Positions 35,356-44,007 of a stretch of 64,000 nucleotides of DNA are shown here, one piece after another. Each line of letters begins with the position of its first letter. Positions within the stretch are counted from its first letter, which is position 1. Source of the stretch: an uncultured bacterium. GTDB lineage: Bacteria; Verrucomicrobiota; Kiritimatiellia; CAIVKH01. The notes under the pieces are model-generated. The model was not told the DNA's origin. It did no database searches and saw only the letters and a program-made list of their open reading frames with translations. The stretch is taken from NCBI GenBank assembly GCA_937958885.1, contig CALGMT010000047.1, positions 24,931 through 88,930 on the forward strand. Reading direction: 5' to 3'. The position numbers and the translations under genes were made by a program.

Positions 35356-37902
35356 GTGAACGCTGGAAAACGCATATTATTGGCGCTGGCGCTGACGCTG
35401 CTGGTGTGGCTGCCCTTTTCGTGGCCATTGCCGCGTCACTTCGACGATGCGCTGCCCGTGGGCGTGACCAAACGCGAGAACCCCCGGCACAACATCGTCC
35501 ACATGATGCCTGGGGATCACCTGCAGTTCCTCTATTACATGTGGATTTTCAGCGACTACCTCGCCGGGGGCACGCCCTTTTTCTACAACCTGTACGAATT
35601 CAACGAAGGCGACGACGCAGCGCGCTACCGGCCCGGTTCGTACTACATGCCCTATTCCATAGCATTCGCGCTCTTCTACCAACTGGGCAACCAGGCCTTC
35701 GCGTGGAACGCGGTCAGTCTGCTCGCGCTGTGGGTCGCCTGCTGGTTCACCTGGCTGCTCGCGCGCCGGTACACCCGATCGGAGGGCATCGCCGCCGTCG
35801 GCGCCTTGCTGGCGCTGCTCTTTCCTTATCAGTGGATTCAACTGTTCGGGGGCAGTCCGGCCGGATTCGGCATGTCCTTTGTGCCGATGCTGCTCTACGG
35901 GTTGGACCTCGCCGTGCGGGACGGGCGGATGCGGGGCGGCGTGCTCGCGGGCTGCGCGGTGCTATTCGCAAGCGCGACGGATACGCACGCATTTTTCTTC
36001 AGCGCGCTGATGATTCCCTGCTGGTGCATCGTCGCGTTCACGCAGCGGACGGGCTTTGCATGGCGGCAGCCCGGCGAGTGGTTGCGCCTGGCGCGTGCGC
36101 TCGCGCCGGTTGCGGCGCTCGCGGCGCTGGCGTTCCTGCAAACACGGCTCGGGACGCGGCATATCCAGCACTCCCACGCAGCGGGGGGGCGCCGCATGCA
36201 GGAAATCGCGCTGTTTTCCCCGAAGGCGGAGGGTCTGTGGGCTTGGCACGAGATTGATGTGTCGTACCACATTTATTTTGGATTTCTCATTGTCGCGGTG
36301 CTCGGCATCGGCCTGATCGGTCTTGCGGTCCGCGCAGCGCGCGCGAGAGACCGGTCGTCCGTCCAACGCGCCATCCTGATCGGGCTCGTCTGCGCGGGAA
36401 TCACAGGGATCATCCTGCTCGCGCTCGGTCCGTTCAGCCCGTGGGACGGCCGCGCGTTCAATGCCGCTCGGAAATTCATCCCCGGCTACACGATGATCCG
36501 GCAGCCCGCAAAAATCTTCGTGTTGCTTCCCGCGCTGCTCGCCGTCGGTGTCGCCGCCTCGCTTCAATGGACACTCGATCGGTTCGGCCGCCGCGCTCGC
36601 TGGATCGCAGCCCTCGTCGCCGTCGGGTTCGGCATCGAATATCTGTTTCAAACCAAATTGCTGATCAGCCGGGTGGACGACAGCAATGCCGCCTATGCGG
36701 CGGCCGCGCGGGACGCGATAGCCCGCGCGCGAAAACCGCGCGCCATCATCCTCCCGCTCTGGCCCGGCGATTCGCACTACACGTCGGTCTATCAATACTA
36801 CGCGACACTCTATCGCATCCGCATGATCAACGGCTATCGCCCCTTCGTGCCGTCCGCGTACATCGAGGGCGTCTTCCGCCCCTATCGCAGTCTGAACCTC
36901 GGCTACGCGAGCGACGCGCAACTCGACAGTCTGACGTCGCGCGGCATCGAGCATGTGATTCTCCACGAGGATTTGTATCCGGAGAAAGTCAGCGCCTTCC
37001 CCGTGGCCAGCGCGCTGGCGGGTCTACTGAATCACCCCCGATTGTCGCTCCTGCAGCAGGATGGGCCCATCTGGGCATTTCGAATCCTGCCCACCGCAGA
37101 GGCACGCGAGCCGGTGGCCACGCACTGGAACGTGCACTTTCCCGCGCGCCGCATCGAGGCGGAGCGCCAGACCCTTCAAGGCGCGGTTCGCGTCGACGCG
37201 GAGGACGCCAGCGGACAGGCCTACATTCGATTGGAGGGCGACGCGAGCGCAGCGACGCGCCCGATTTCCGCGCGCGCACTGCCGCACTGCCGCTGGTGGA
37301 TTCGGGCCCGCGGCTCTGGACGACTCGCGGTCGACCGGCACATCAGCGGCGAGTCGATCGGCGCGATCTCCTCCACGGTCGATTGGCCCGATTGGAATTG
37401 GATCGAAGTGCCCGCCGGACAATGGGACGATGCGCCCGACTTGACGGTCAGCCTGCGCGTAGCGGAGGGTACGGTGGATGTCGATGTCCTCCACCTCGTC
37501 GCAGGCGAATGGCATTTCCTGGAGGTCGGCGAATCGATTGAGATCCCCGCCCCGGTCTTCTTCCATGCCGGACACACCGACCTCGCCGACGATTCGGTGG
37601 TGTATCTGCCCTGGCGCGATCGGCGCGACCTCGTGTTTTACGGCCCGAAACTGCCGATGCAGCCCGGCCGCTATCGCATCGAAATCGAGGGCGCGGTCGG
37701 GCGCGCGTCCAGCGGGCGGGGCGGCACCTGGGTGGCGGCCTGCCCCGAGGGAACTGAAATCGGGCGAGCGGAAATGAACGCAGACTCGGCCATGCAATGG
37801 CAGGTGGACATTCCCTCGAACCTGCCCTTCCTGATGGCCTTCATCTACGCAGGGGAAGAAGAGACCCGGATCACCCGCATCCGACTGATTCGCGACCAAT
37901 AG
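35356..37902 (+). CDS. Large polytopic membrane protein with a C-terminal soluble domain (possible GT-C glycosyltransferase)
   Basis: 848 aa with a GTG start. About 12 predicted helices in the first 450 aa, then a soluble region. No diagnostic motif recognised. Confidence 0.65.
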   Translation: MNAGKRILLALALTLLVWLPFSWPLPRHFDDALPVGVTKRENPRHNIVHMMPGDHLQFLYYMWIFSDYLAGGTPFFYNLYEFNEGDDAARYRPGSYYMPYSIAFALFYQLGNQAFAWNAVSLLALWVACWFTWLLARRYTRSEGIAAVGALLALLFPYQWIQLFGGSPAGFGMSFVPMLLYGLDLAVRDGRMRGGVLAGCAVLFASATDTHAFFFSALMIPCWCIVAFTQRTGFAWRQPGEWLRLARALAPVAALAALAFLQTRLGTRHIQHSHAAGGRRMQEIALFSPKAEGLWAWHEIDVSYHIYFGFLIVAVLGIGLIGLAVRAARARDRSSVQRAILIGLVCAGITGIILLALGPFSPWDGRAFNAARKFIPGYTMIRQPAKIFVLLPALLAVGVAASLQWTLDRFGRRARWIAALVAVGFGIEYLFQTKLLISRVDDSNAAYAAAARDAIARARKPRAIILPLWPGDSHYTSVYQYYATLYRIRMINGYRPFVPSAYIEGVFRPYRSLNLGYASDAQLDSLTSRGIEHVILHEDLYPEKVSAFPVASALAGLLNHPRLSLLQQDGPIWAFRILPTAEAREPVATHWNVHFPARRIEAERQTLQGAVRVDAEDASGQAYIRLEGDASAATRPISARALPHCRWWIRARGSGRLAVDRHISGESIGAISSTVDWPDWNWIEVPAGQWDDAPDLTVSLRVAEGTVDVDVLHLVAGEWHFLEVGESIEIPAPVFFHAGHTDLADDSVVYLPWRDRRDLVFYGPKLPMQPGRYRIEIEGAVGRASSGRGGTWVAACPEGTEIGRAEMNADSAMQWQVDIPSNLPFLMAFIYAGEEETRITRIRLIRDQ

Positions 37903-37909
37903 CGCGCCG

Positions 37910-38731
37910 TTACTCCTGCGCGGCTTCTTCCATCAAGCCCTTGAAAACGCGCTTCAGGTCGCGACCGAATTTCTTGATTTCACTCCGCAATTGCTCGTCC
38001 TCGACCACCGCCTGGATCGAGCGACCAAGGTCGCCGAACAGGCGCTCCGCCGCGCTCTCCATCACACCGGCGACCAGCAGATCGCCGATCTGGCGGGTGC
38101 TGGTGACATCGGCGTGCTCGCGGTCCACCTTGATATCAAGCGTTGTGATGGCGGGGTCTCCGCCGCCGCGATAATCGTGATATTCGACCGTATCGATTCG
38201 TATGCGCAATCGATCGATCCGGAACGGGCGCTCCGATTTCGATCCGGCCTTCTCCCCGTCAGGTTCGGCCGGCGCAGCTTGGCCGCCGCGCGGCGGCGAT
38301 TCGCCGGCAGGCGCAGGCGCGCCTCCGCGAGAAGATGCCGAACCCGACGCGCGCGGGGGCTTGCCGGACAGCCGCTGGAGATTCGTGTCGCCGGCGATAT
38401 TGCGGACGATCACCACGCGCGGAATTTCCAGCTCCATCGCTTTCAAATGCGTCTCGCGCCGTAAGAGCGCCCACGGATCGATATCCACGTGCGCGCGCTG
38501 GACGACGAACGCGATCGGCTCGGGAAAATCGGGCGGATTTCGCACCACTACGTCGAACAAGTCGGCGCGGCTCGACCACAAATGGGTCTTCAAGCGGCCG
38601 ATTTCCAAGCCGAACCCGGTTTGCTCCGCCAGTAGTCGGCGCGCCTCCATCTTGATCAGTTGGTTGCGCGCGAGCAGTCCGAGCGCCAACAGCAACAACA
38701 CGGCCAGCGCCACAAGTTTGATAACTTTCAT
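37910..38731 (-). CDS. Membrane-anchored hypothetical protein (AsmA-like N-terminus, low-complexity centre)
   Basis: N-terminal TM helix VIKLVALAVLLLLALGLL. Gly/Pro/Ala-rich linker. Coding-like codon bias. Confidence 0.6.
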   Translation of the reverse strand: MKVIKLVALAVLLLLALGLLARNQLIKMEARRLLAEQTGFGLEIGRLKTHLWSSRADLFDVVVRNPPDFPEPIAFVVQRAHVDIDPWALLRRETHLKAMELEIPRVVIVRNIAGDTNLQRLSGKPPRASGSASSRGGAPAPAGESPPRGGQAAPAEPDGEKAGSKSERPFRIDRLRIRIDTVEYHDYRGGGDPAITTLDIKVDREHADVTSTRQIGDLLVAGVMESAAERLFGDLGRSIQAVVEDEQLRSEIKKFGRDLKRVFKGLMEEAAQE

Positions 38732-38834
38732 GGCCTATACGATATCGTCGCGCGTCCGATTTCCAATCCGAATTGAATCGCGTACATGCCCACTTCGCCA
38801 TTGGAAATTCCCGCGGACCGCTTAAAATGGAGTC

Positions 38835-39272
38835 ATGCAGAGCAGTTTCGTTTTCCAGTGGAGCCAATTGCAGCGGAAGGCCTCGGGGATGGACGAACCC
38901 TCGCGCCCGTCATCGGGCGCGCCGCCCTGGTCTCCGAACACCGACATCTTCGAGGGGCCCGACGGCCTGCTGGTGCGCATCGAAATCGCGGGCGTCCCGA
39001 CGGACGCCGTCGAACTGCTCGTGGATGAAACCGTCCTCGTGCTTCGCGGGGTGCGCCGCGATTCGCTGTGTTCGGAAACGGCCTCGGGCTATCGCTTTCG
39101 CCAAATGGAAGTCGATTTCGGCCCCTTCGAGCGGGTGATCCAGCTTCCGTTTTCCGTGGATGGCGCGCATGCGCGCGCCTCGCTCAAGGATGGTATGCTC
39201 TCCATTCGCCTACCGCGCGCGGCGGCTCCGCAGGTCTCGCACGTGCGCATACGCATGGGCGGCTCGCCGTGA
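38835..39272 (+). CDS. Small heat-shock protein (Hsp20/alpha-crystallin)
   Basis: ACD pattern PNTDIFEGPDGLLVRIEIAGV...FERVIQLP...ASLKDGMLSIRLPR. Alternative start at 38889. Confidence 0.85.
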   Translation: MQSSFVFQWSQLQRKASGMDEPSRPSSGAPPWSPNTDIFEGPDGLLVRIEIAGVPTDAVELLVDETVLVLRGVRRDSLCSETASGYRFRQMEVDFGPFERVIQLPFSVDGAHARASLKDGMLSIRLPRAAAPQVSHVRIRMGGSP

Positions 39273-41686
39273 AGCGGGAGCGCCCCCAATCCCCGGAAGC
39301 ACAACCGCCGAGCGCGATAGTGTCTGTCCGCGATTCGGAAGAGGATGCGATTCCCTCCATTTTGCCGGTGCTTCCGCTAAACGATGTGGTGGTGTTTCCC
39401 GGCATGATCGCGCCGCTGGTGGTGAACACCACACGCTCCATCAAACTGGTTGAGGATGCCGGCGCATCCGGGCGCTACTTGATCGCCACGCTGCAAAAAA
39501 ACCGGGCGACGCCGGACGATCAGGTATCGATCGAGGATCTGATGCCGCACGGCTGCGTGTGTCGATTGCTCAAAATGCTCCGTTTCCCTGACGATACGGT
39601 GCGCGTGCTCGTGCAAGGCGTGTCCCGGTGCAAAATCGAGGGTCATGGCGAAGGAGGCCCGTATCTCCGCGCCCGTTATACCCTGCTCGAAGATGCCGGG
39701 GTGGAGGACTCGATCGAAGCCGCGGCGCTCGCGCGCAATGCATCGACCCTCTTTCAGGAAGTCATCACGATGTCCCCCACCCTGCCCGACGAGCTCAAAA
39801 TCGCCGTGGTGAACATCGAGGAGCCGGGCCGCCTGTCCGATCTGATCGCGGCAAATTTAAATCTCACCCTCGACGACCGTCAGAAGCTGCTGGAAGAAAC
39901 ACGGCCCATCGAGCGCCTGAAGATACTCGCTCCGCTGCTGAACCGCGAACGCGAGGTGCTCCGCGTCGGCAATGAAATCCAATCGCAGGTCAGCCAGACC
40001 TTTTCGAAAACCCAGCGCGAGTTTTTTCTCCGCGAGCAGTTGAAGGCGATCAAGAAGGAACTCGGCGAAACCGATCCGCAGCAAATCGAGACCGGCGAGA
40101 TCGAGGAACGAATCGCCAGGGCGCGCATGCCGCCCGACGTGGAAAAGACTGCCCGCAAAGAACTGGAGCGCCTCGGATCGATCCCGCCCGCGTCTCCGGA
40201 ACACGGCGTAATCCGCACCTATCTCGACATCCTGTGCGAGCTGCCGTGGGCGGTGATGACCGAGGATCATCTCGATATCGCGCGCGCCGCGCGGGTGCTG
40301 GACGAAGATCACTACGACCTCAAAAAAGTAAAGGACCGCATCCTCGAATATCTCTCGGTCTTGAAATTAAAGCGTGACATGAAGGGCCCGATTCTTTGCT
40401 TCGTCGGCCCGCCCGGCGTGGGCAAAACCTCGCTCGGCCAGTCGATCGCGCGGGCGCTCGGCCGCGCGTTCGTGCGCGTCTCGCTTGGCGGCATGCGCGA
40501 CGAGGCGGAGATCCGAGGACATCGGCGCACTTATATCGGCGCGATGCCGGGCCGCATCATCCAGAGCCTGCGCAAGGCCGGAACGCGCAACCCGGTGTTC
40601 ATGCTCGACGAAATCGACAAGCTGGGCTCGGATTTCCGGGGCGACCCGGCATCGGCGCTGCTCGAGGTGCTCGACCCTGCGCAGAACAACACCTTCACGG
40701 ATCACTACCTCGACGCGCCGTTCGACCTCTCGCACATTCTGTTCATCGCCACCGGCAATATCGTGGATACAATGCCGGCGCCGTTGCGCGACCGGATGGA
40801 AATGATCGAACTGCCCGGCTACACGCAGCAGGAGAAGCGGTTCATCGCGGCGCGGCATCTGATCCCGCGTCAAATCGAAAACCACGGCTTAACCCGCAAG
40901 CAGATCCGCATTCCGACCGCAACCGTAGAAAAGGTCATCGCCGATTACACGCGCGAAGCGGGCGTCCGCAACCTCGATCGTGAGCTGGCGGCGCTCTGCC
41001 GAAAGGCCGCACGGCGCATTGCCGAGGGCAAGGCAACATCCATTACGGTTCGACCCGACATGCTGCGCGAATGGCTCGGTCCGGTCCGGTTCGACGCGGA
41101 GACCGCGGAGAAACGCACCATCCCCGGCGTGGTTACCGGCCTGGCGTGGACATCCACCGGCGGCGACATCCTTTTCATCGAAGCCACGCGCATGGCCGGC
41201 AAGGGCCAGTTGATCCTCACCGGCTCGCTGGGCGACGTGATGAAAGAATCCGCGCGAGCCGCTCTGAGTTATGTTCGGGCGCATGCGGCGGAATGGAAGC
41301 TCGACCCGAAGTTTGCCGACGAATCGGATTTCCACATCCACGTGCCGGCCGGCGCGATACCCAAGGACGGCCCGTCCGCGGGCATTGCGATGCTCGCCGC
41401 CCTGCTTTCGCTGGTGACCGGGAAACCGGTGCCCGCCACGCTGGCGATGACCGGCGAAATCACGCTGCGCGGACGCATCATGCCGGTCGGCGGCATCAAA
41501 GAAAAAGTGCTCGCCGCAAGCCGGGCGGGCATCACCGAGATTGTGATGCCCGCCGCCAATCGGCGCCACCTCGACGACGTGCCGGCGGAAATTCGCAAGA
41601 AAATCGCGTTCCGTTTTGTGCAGCACGCTGATGCCGCCATGCGATTGATTCTTCATACGCCTGCGCCAAAGGCTCGCCGGCGATGA
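39269..41686 (+). CDS. lon: ATP-dependent Lon protease
   Basis: LON N-domain [14 protein letters not shown], Walker [10 protein letters not shown], and catalytic DGPSAG...K. GTG 39269 overlaps the hsp20 stop (GTGA); there is no in-frame ATG before the conserved N-domain. Confidence 0.92.
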   Translation: MKRERPQSPEAQPPSAIVSVRDSEEDAIPSILPVLPLNDVVVFPGMIAPLVVNTTRSIKLVEDAGASGRYLIATLQKNRATPDDQVSIEDLMPHGCVCRLLKMLRFPDDTVRVLVQGVSRCKIEGHGEGGPYLRARYTLLEDAGVEDSIEAAALARNASTLFQEVITMSPTLPDELKIAVVNIEEPGRLSDLIAANLNLTLDDRQKLLEETRPIERLKILAPLLNREREVLRVGNEIQSQVSQTFSKTQREFFLREQLKAIKKELGETDPQQIETGEIEERIARARMPPDVEKTARKELERLGSIPPASPEHGVIRTYLDILCELPWAVMTEDHLDIARAARVLDEDHYDLKKVKDRILEYLSVLKLKRDMKGPILCFVGPPGVGKTSLGQSIARALGRAFVRVSLGGMRDEAEIRGHRRTYIGAMPGRIIQSLRKAGTRNPVFMLDEIDKLGSDFRGDPASALLEVLDPAQNNTFTDHYLDAPFDLSHILFIATGNIVDTMPAPLRDRMEMIELPGYTQQEKRFIAARHLIPRQIENHGLTRKQIRIPTATVEKVIADYTREAGVRNLDRELAALCRKAARRIAEGKATSITVRPDMLREWLGPVRFDAETAEKRTIPGVVTGLAWTSTGGDILFIEATRMAGKGQLILTGSLGDVMKESARAALSYVRAHAAEWKLDPKFADESDFHIHVPAGAIPKDGPSAGIAMLAALLSLVTGKPVPATLAMTGEITLRGRIMPVGGIKEKVLAASRAGITEIVMPAANRRHLDDVPAEIRKKIAFRFVQHADAAMRLILHTPAPKARRR

Positions 41687-42576
41687 ACCGCGCCTGCGCG
41701 ATGTGCCTCGCCGTCTTGCTGCTGCTCGCCGCACCGATCATGGCCCAGCAGCGAGCGCCATCCGGCCCGCCTGAAGCGCGCCAACTGCTGAATGACGTCA
41801 TTCTCGCGCTGCCCGACATCCCCCTTCGCGTCACCGGAGATCTCACCGCCCGCGCGCGCGGCGGCGCGCCCGACATGCGGAAAGGCGTGGAGATGCTGCT
41901 CGACTGGCAGGCCGATCCTCCGACCGCCCGCTACACCCTGCGCGACGCATTTGGCGGGACCCACAGCCATCTGGCCATCACGTGGGAACAACCCCGCACG
42001 CCGGTTTATCGGTATTTCGAGGGCTACCCGCTTCGGGCCGCGCCGCTGCCCGACCTGGTCGACGCGATCCCGGGCACCGACATCAGTTGGATGGACCTCA
42101 GCCTCTCGTTCCTGTGGTGGCCCGGCGCGCAGACGGTCGGACGCGAGGACGTGCGCGGCCAGAGTTGCTGGGTAGTGGACATTCCCGCGCCCGATAGCTT
42201 CTCGGGGTGCGCAGGCGTTCGCCTGTGGATCAGTCCGCGCATCAACATCATGCTCAAAGCGGAGGCCTATGACGCGAACAACCAGCCCATGCGCCGTCTG
42301 GACGTGAAGAGTTTCAAGCGCATCAACAATCGCTGGGTGATCAAAGACATCGAGCTCACGAGCCTCCCTGCGCGCACCCGCACCGTCTTGCGGGTGCGCA
42401 ACGTCGAAGATCGAACCCGAAAAAGTTTCATTCGCATGGATGGCAGTGGAAGCGAACCGGACATGGAAGCGGGTGTCGACGACGCGCCCCCCGATACAAC
42501 CGAGGACGATTCCTACGAACCGGTCGTCCCGACGGACGTCGAAATCGACCCGCCCGACACCCCCGATTCTCCTTGA
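41683..42576 (+). CDS. Outer-membrane lipoprotein-sorting (LolA-like) protein with an acidic C-terminal tail
   Basis: Signal peptide MCLAVLLLLAAPIMAQQ. LolA_like pattern CWVVDIPAP...VRLWISPRINIMLKAEAYD...RWVIKDIEL. ATGA overlap with lon. Confidence 0.7.
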   Translation: MNRACAMCLAVLLLLAAPIMAQQRAPSGPPEARQLLNDVILALPDIPLRVTGDLTARARGGAPDMRKGVEMLLDWQADPPTARYTLRDAFGGTHSHLAITWEQPRTPVYRYFEGYPLRAAPLPDLVDAIPGTDISWMDLSLSFLWWPGAQTVGREDVRGQSCWVVDIPAPDSFSGCAGVRLWISPRINIMLKAEAYDANNQPMRRLDVKSFKRINNRWVIKDIELTSLPARTRTVLRVRNVEDRTRKSFIRMDGSGSEPDMEAGVDDAPPDTTEDDSYEPVVPTDVEIDPPDTPDSP

Positions 42577-42633
42577 ACTGAGCGTATCCTCCTCGCCGTT
42601 CCATTTCCCCGCCGCTCAGCGTTATTCTTCATC

Positions 42634-42888
42634 GGGGCTGGAGCCAAACGGGTTATTGATTCACGATCTTTTGACTCGTTTAGAAAACAGCGGTTCGGGT
42701 TCGGGCAAAATACCCACCCCCGCTTCGCGGCCCCCTCCACAGGAAGGGACGATTAGATTTGAGCGCAACAAAAACTAGTCCCCTCCTCCGGAGGGTGCCC
42801 GAAGGGCGGGGAGGGTAAAGTCGCAAACGGAGCCCGAAGTGCGTCGAAGTGCGTGGTATTTTGGAGCCATGATTTGGGCAACAACCCC
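42634..42888 (-). mobile_element. MITE-like non-autonomous element, copy B (255 bp, inverted relative to copy A)
   Basis: The right end TTTGGGCAACAACCCC is the exact reverse complement of the copy A left TIR. The left end GGGGCTGGAGCCAAA is degenerate. Flanking pentamers are TCATC / TCATA. Several conserved internal blocks are shared with copy A. Confidence 0.7.
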
Positions 42889-42935
42889 TCATACGATTTG
42901 CGCGTTCGCTCGACCTGCAGGCGCGGCGCAGGGGT

Positions 42936-43286
42936 TCAGCGGAAGGCCATGACGAGGATCGCGGCAACCGCAAGAATGACGCCGGCATATGCGGCAGGTG
43001 TCAACACTTCGCGCAGGAAAAGAAACCCCAGCACGTTGCTCAAGACGATCGAACTTGCCCCCAGCAGCGCCATGGTCTTTCCAAGCGGAATATGCGCGAA
43101 AACATAGAGCTGGCCGAACATCGCAATCTGCCGGATGGCCTGATAGCCCCAGAACCAGCCGGAGGTCAGCATCCCCGCGTCGAAGCCGTACTTCCTCATG
43201 AAAAAGCGCCCCATGAAGTCGGATGTCGTGTAGAGCACCTGCGTGCCGAGCAACACAACCAGCGGATGAAGCGCGAGCGATTTCAT
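42936..43286 (-). CDS. Small 4-TM membrane transporter-like protein (single EamA/SMR-like domain)
   Basis: 116 aa from ATG 43286 with four hydrophobic helices. The longer track ORF extension is Arg/Gly-rich and implausible. Confidence 0.6.
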   Translation of the reverse strand: MKSLALHPLVVLLGTQVLYTTSDFMGRFFMRKYGFDAGMLTSGWFWGYQAIRQIAMFGQLYVFAHIPLGKTMALLGASSIVLSNVLGFLFLREVLTPAAYAGVILAVAAILVMAFR

Positions 43287-43330
43287 GGCCGCAGTGGTGT
43301 AGCGGGCCGCGGGCAACTCGACAAGCGCGA

Positions 43331-43891
43331 TCAGCGCAGGGCGGCCAGCCGCTGCGCCGCCCGCTCCGCCGCCGCGCGCGCCAGCGGACGCGAATCCTCC
43401 GGCGGACCGAAGCCGCTCGCGAAGGCGGTGATGCGGATGTGCGGATCGACCAGGAGGTGGATCAAGCCGCCCTCCGACAGGACTACTGCGCCGGAGGCCA
43501 TCTCGCCTTCCCGTCGCATGCCGTGCACCCTTTCCATGATGCGCGCCTGCATCCAAACGGGCGAGTCCGCCGCCGTCCATTGCAGCGCGATCTCGATCGA
43601 GCGCCTCCAATTATCCGCATCGGTTTCCCATGCGCATCGCGACAAAACAAGCCGCTCCGCGCGGCGCTCGGCAATCAGACGCGGCGTCAATGATAGGCCG
43701 GCCAATACGCGGATTTCTTCCTCCGTCAGCAACGCACAGGCGTCAGGCAACGGACGTTCCGCGGCGGGTTTTTCATCGACGGAACGCGCGGACGCGGGCG
43801 CCCGCTCCGGCGCGCGAGAGACGCATGCGCCGCATACGCACGCGAGCAGCGCTAAAACTCCGCACAATTGAATACGATCCGATATACGCAT
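43331..43891 (-). CDS. Lipoprotein, function unknown
   Basis: Start at MRISDRIQLCGVLALLACVCGAC (signal peptide plus lipobox-like Cys). No recognised domain. Confidence 0.6.
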   Translation of the reverse strand: MRISDRIQLCGVLALLACVCGACVSRAPERAPASARSVDEKPAAERPLPDACALLTEEEIRVLAGLSLTPRLIAERRAERLVLSRCAWETDADNWRRSIEIALQWTAADSPVWMQARIMERVHGMRREGEMASGAVVLSEGGLIHLLVDPHIRITAFASGFGPPEDSRPLARAAAERAAQRLAALR

Positions 43892-44007
43892 GTGGCGCTT
43901 CGACAAACGACCTTGCACTTTTCCTGGAGAAGCGGCGCGCCGCACACCGGACACACCAGCGGCGCGCGCTCCTCGTCCTCCTCTCGCTTATCTTCCGTCT
44001 CGTTCAT
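43852..44007 (-). CDS. 51-aa acidic/Cys-rich zinc-ribbon-like micro-protein
   Basis: MNETEDKREEDEERAPLVCPVCGAPLLQEKCKVVCRSATCVYRIVFNCAEF. ATG overlaps the GH31 stop (ATGA). Six Cys including CPVCG. Its 3' end overlaps the lipoprotein start by 40 nt. Confidence 0.4.
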   Translation of the reverse strand: MNETEDKREEDEERAPLVCPVCGAPLLQEKCKVVCRSATCVYRIVFNCAEF

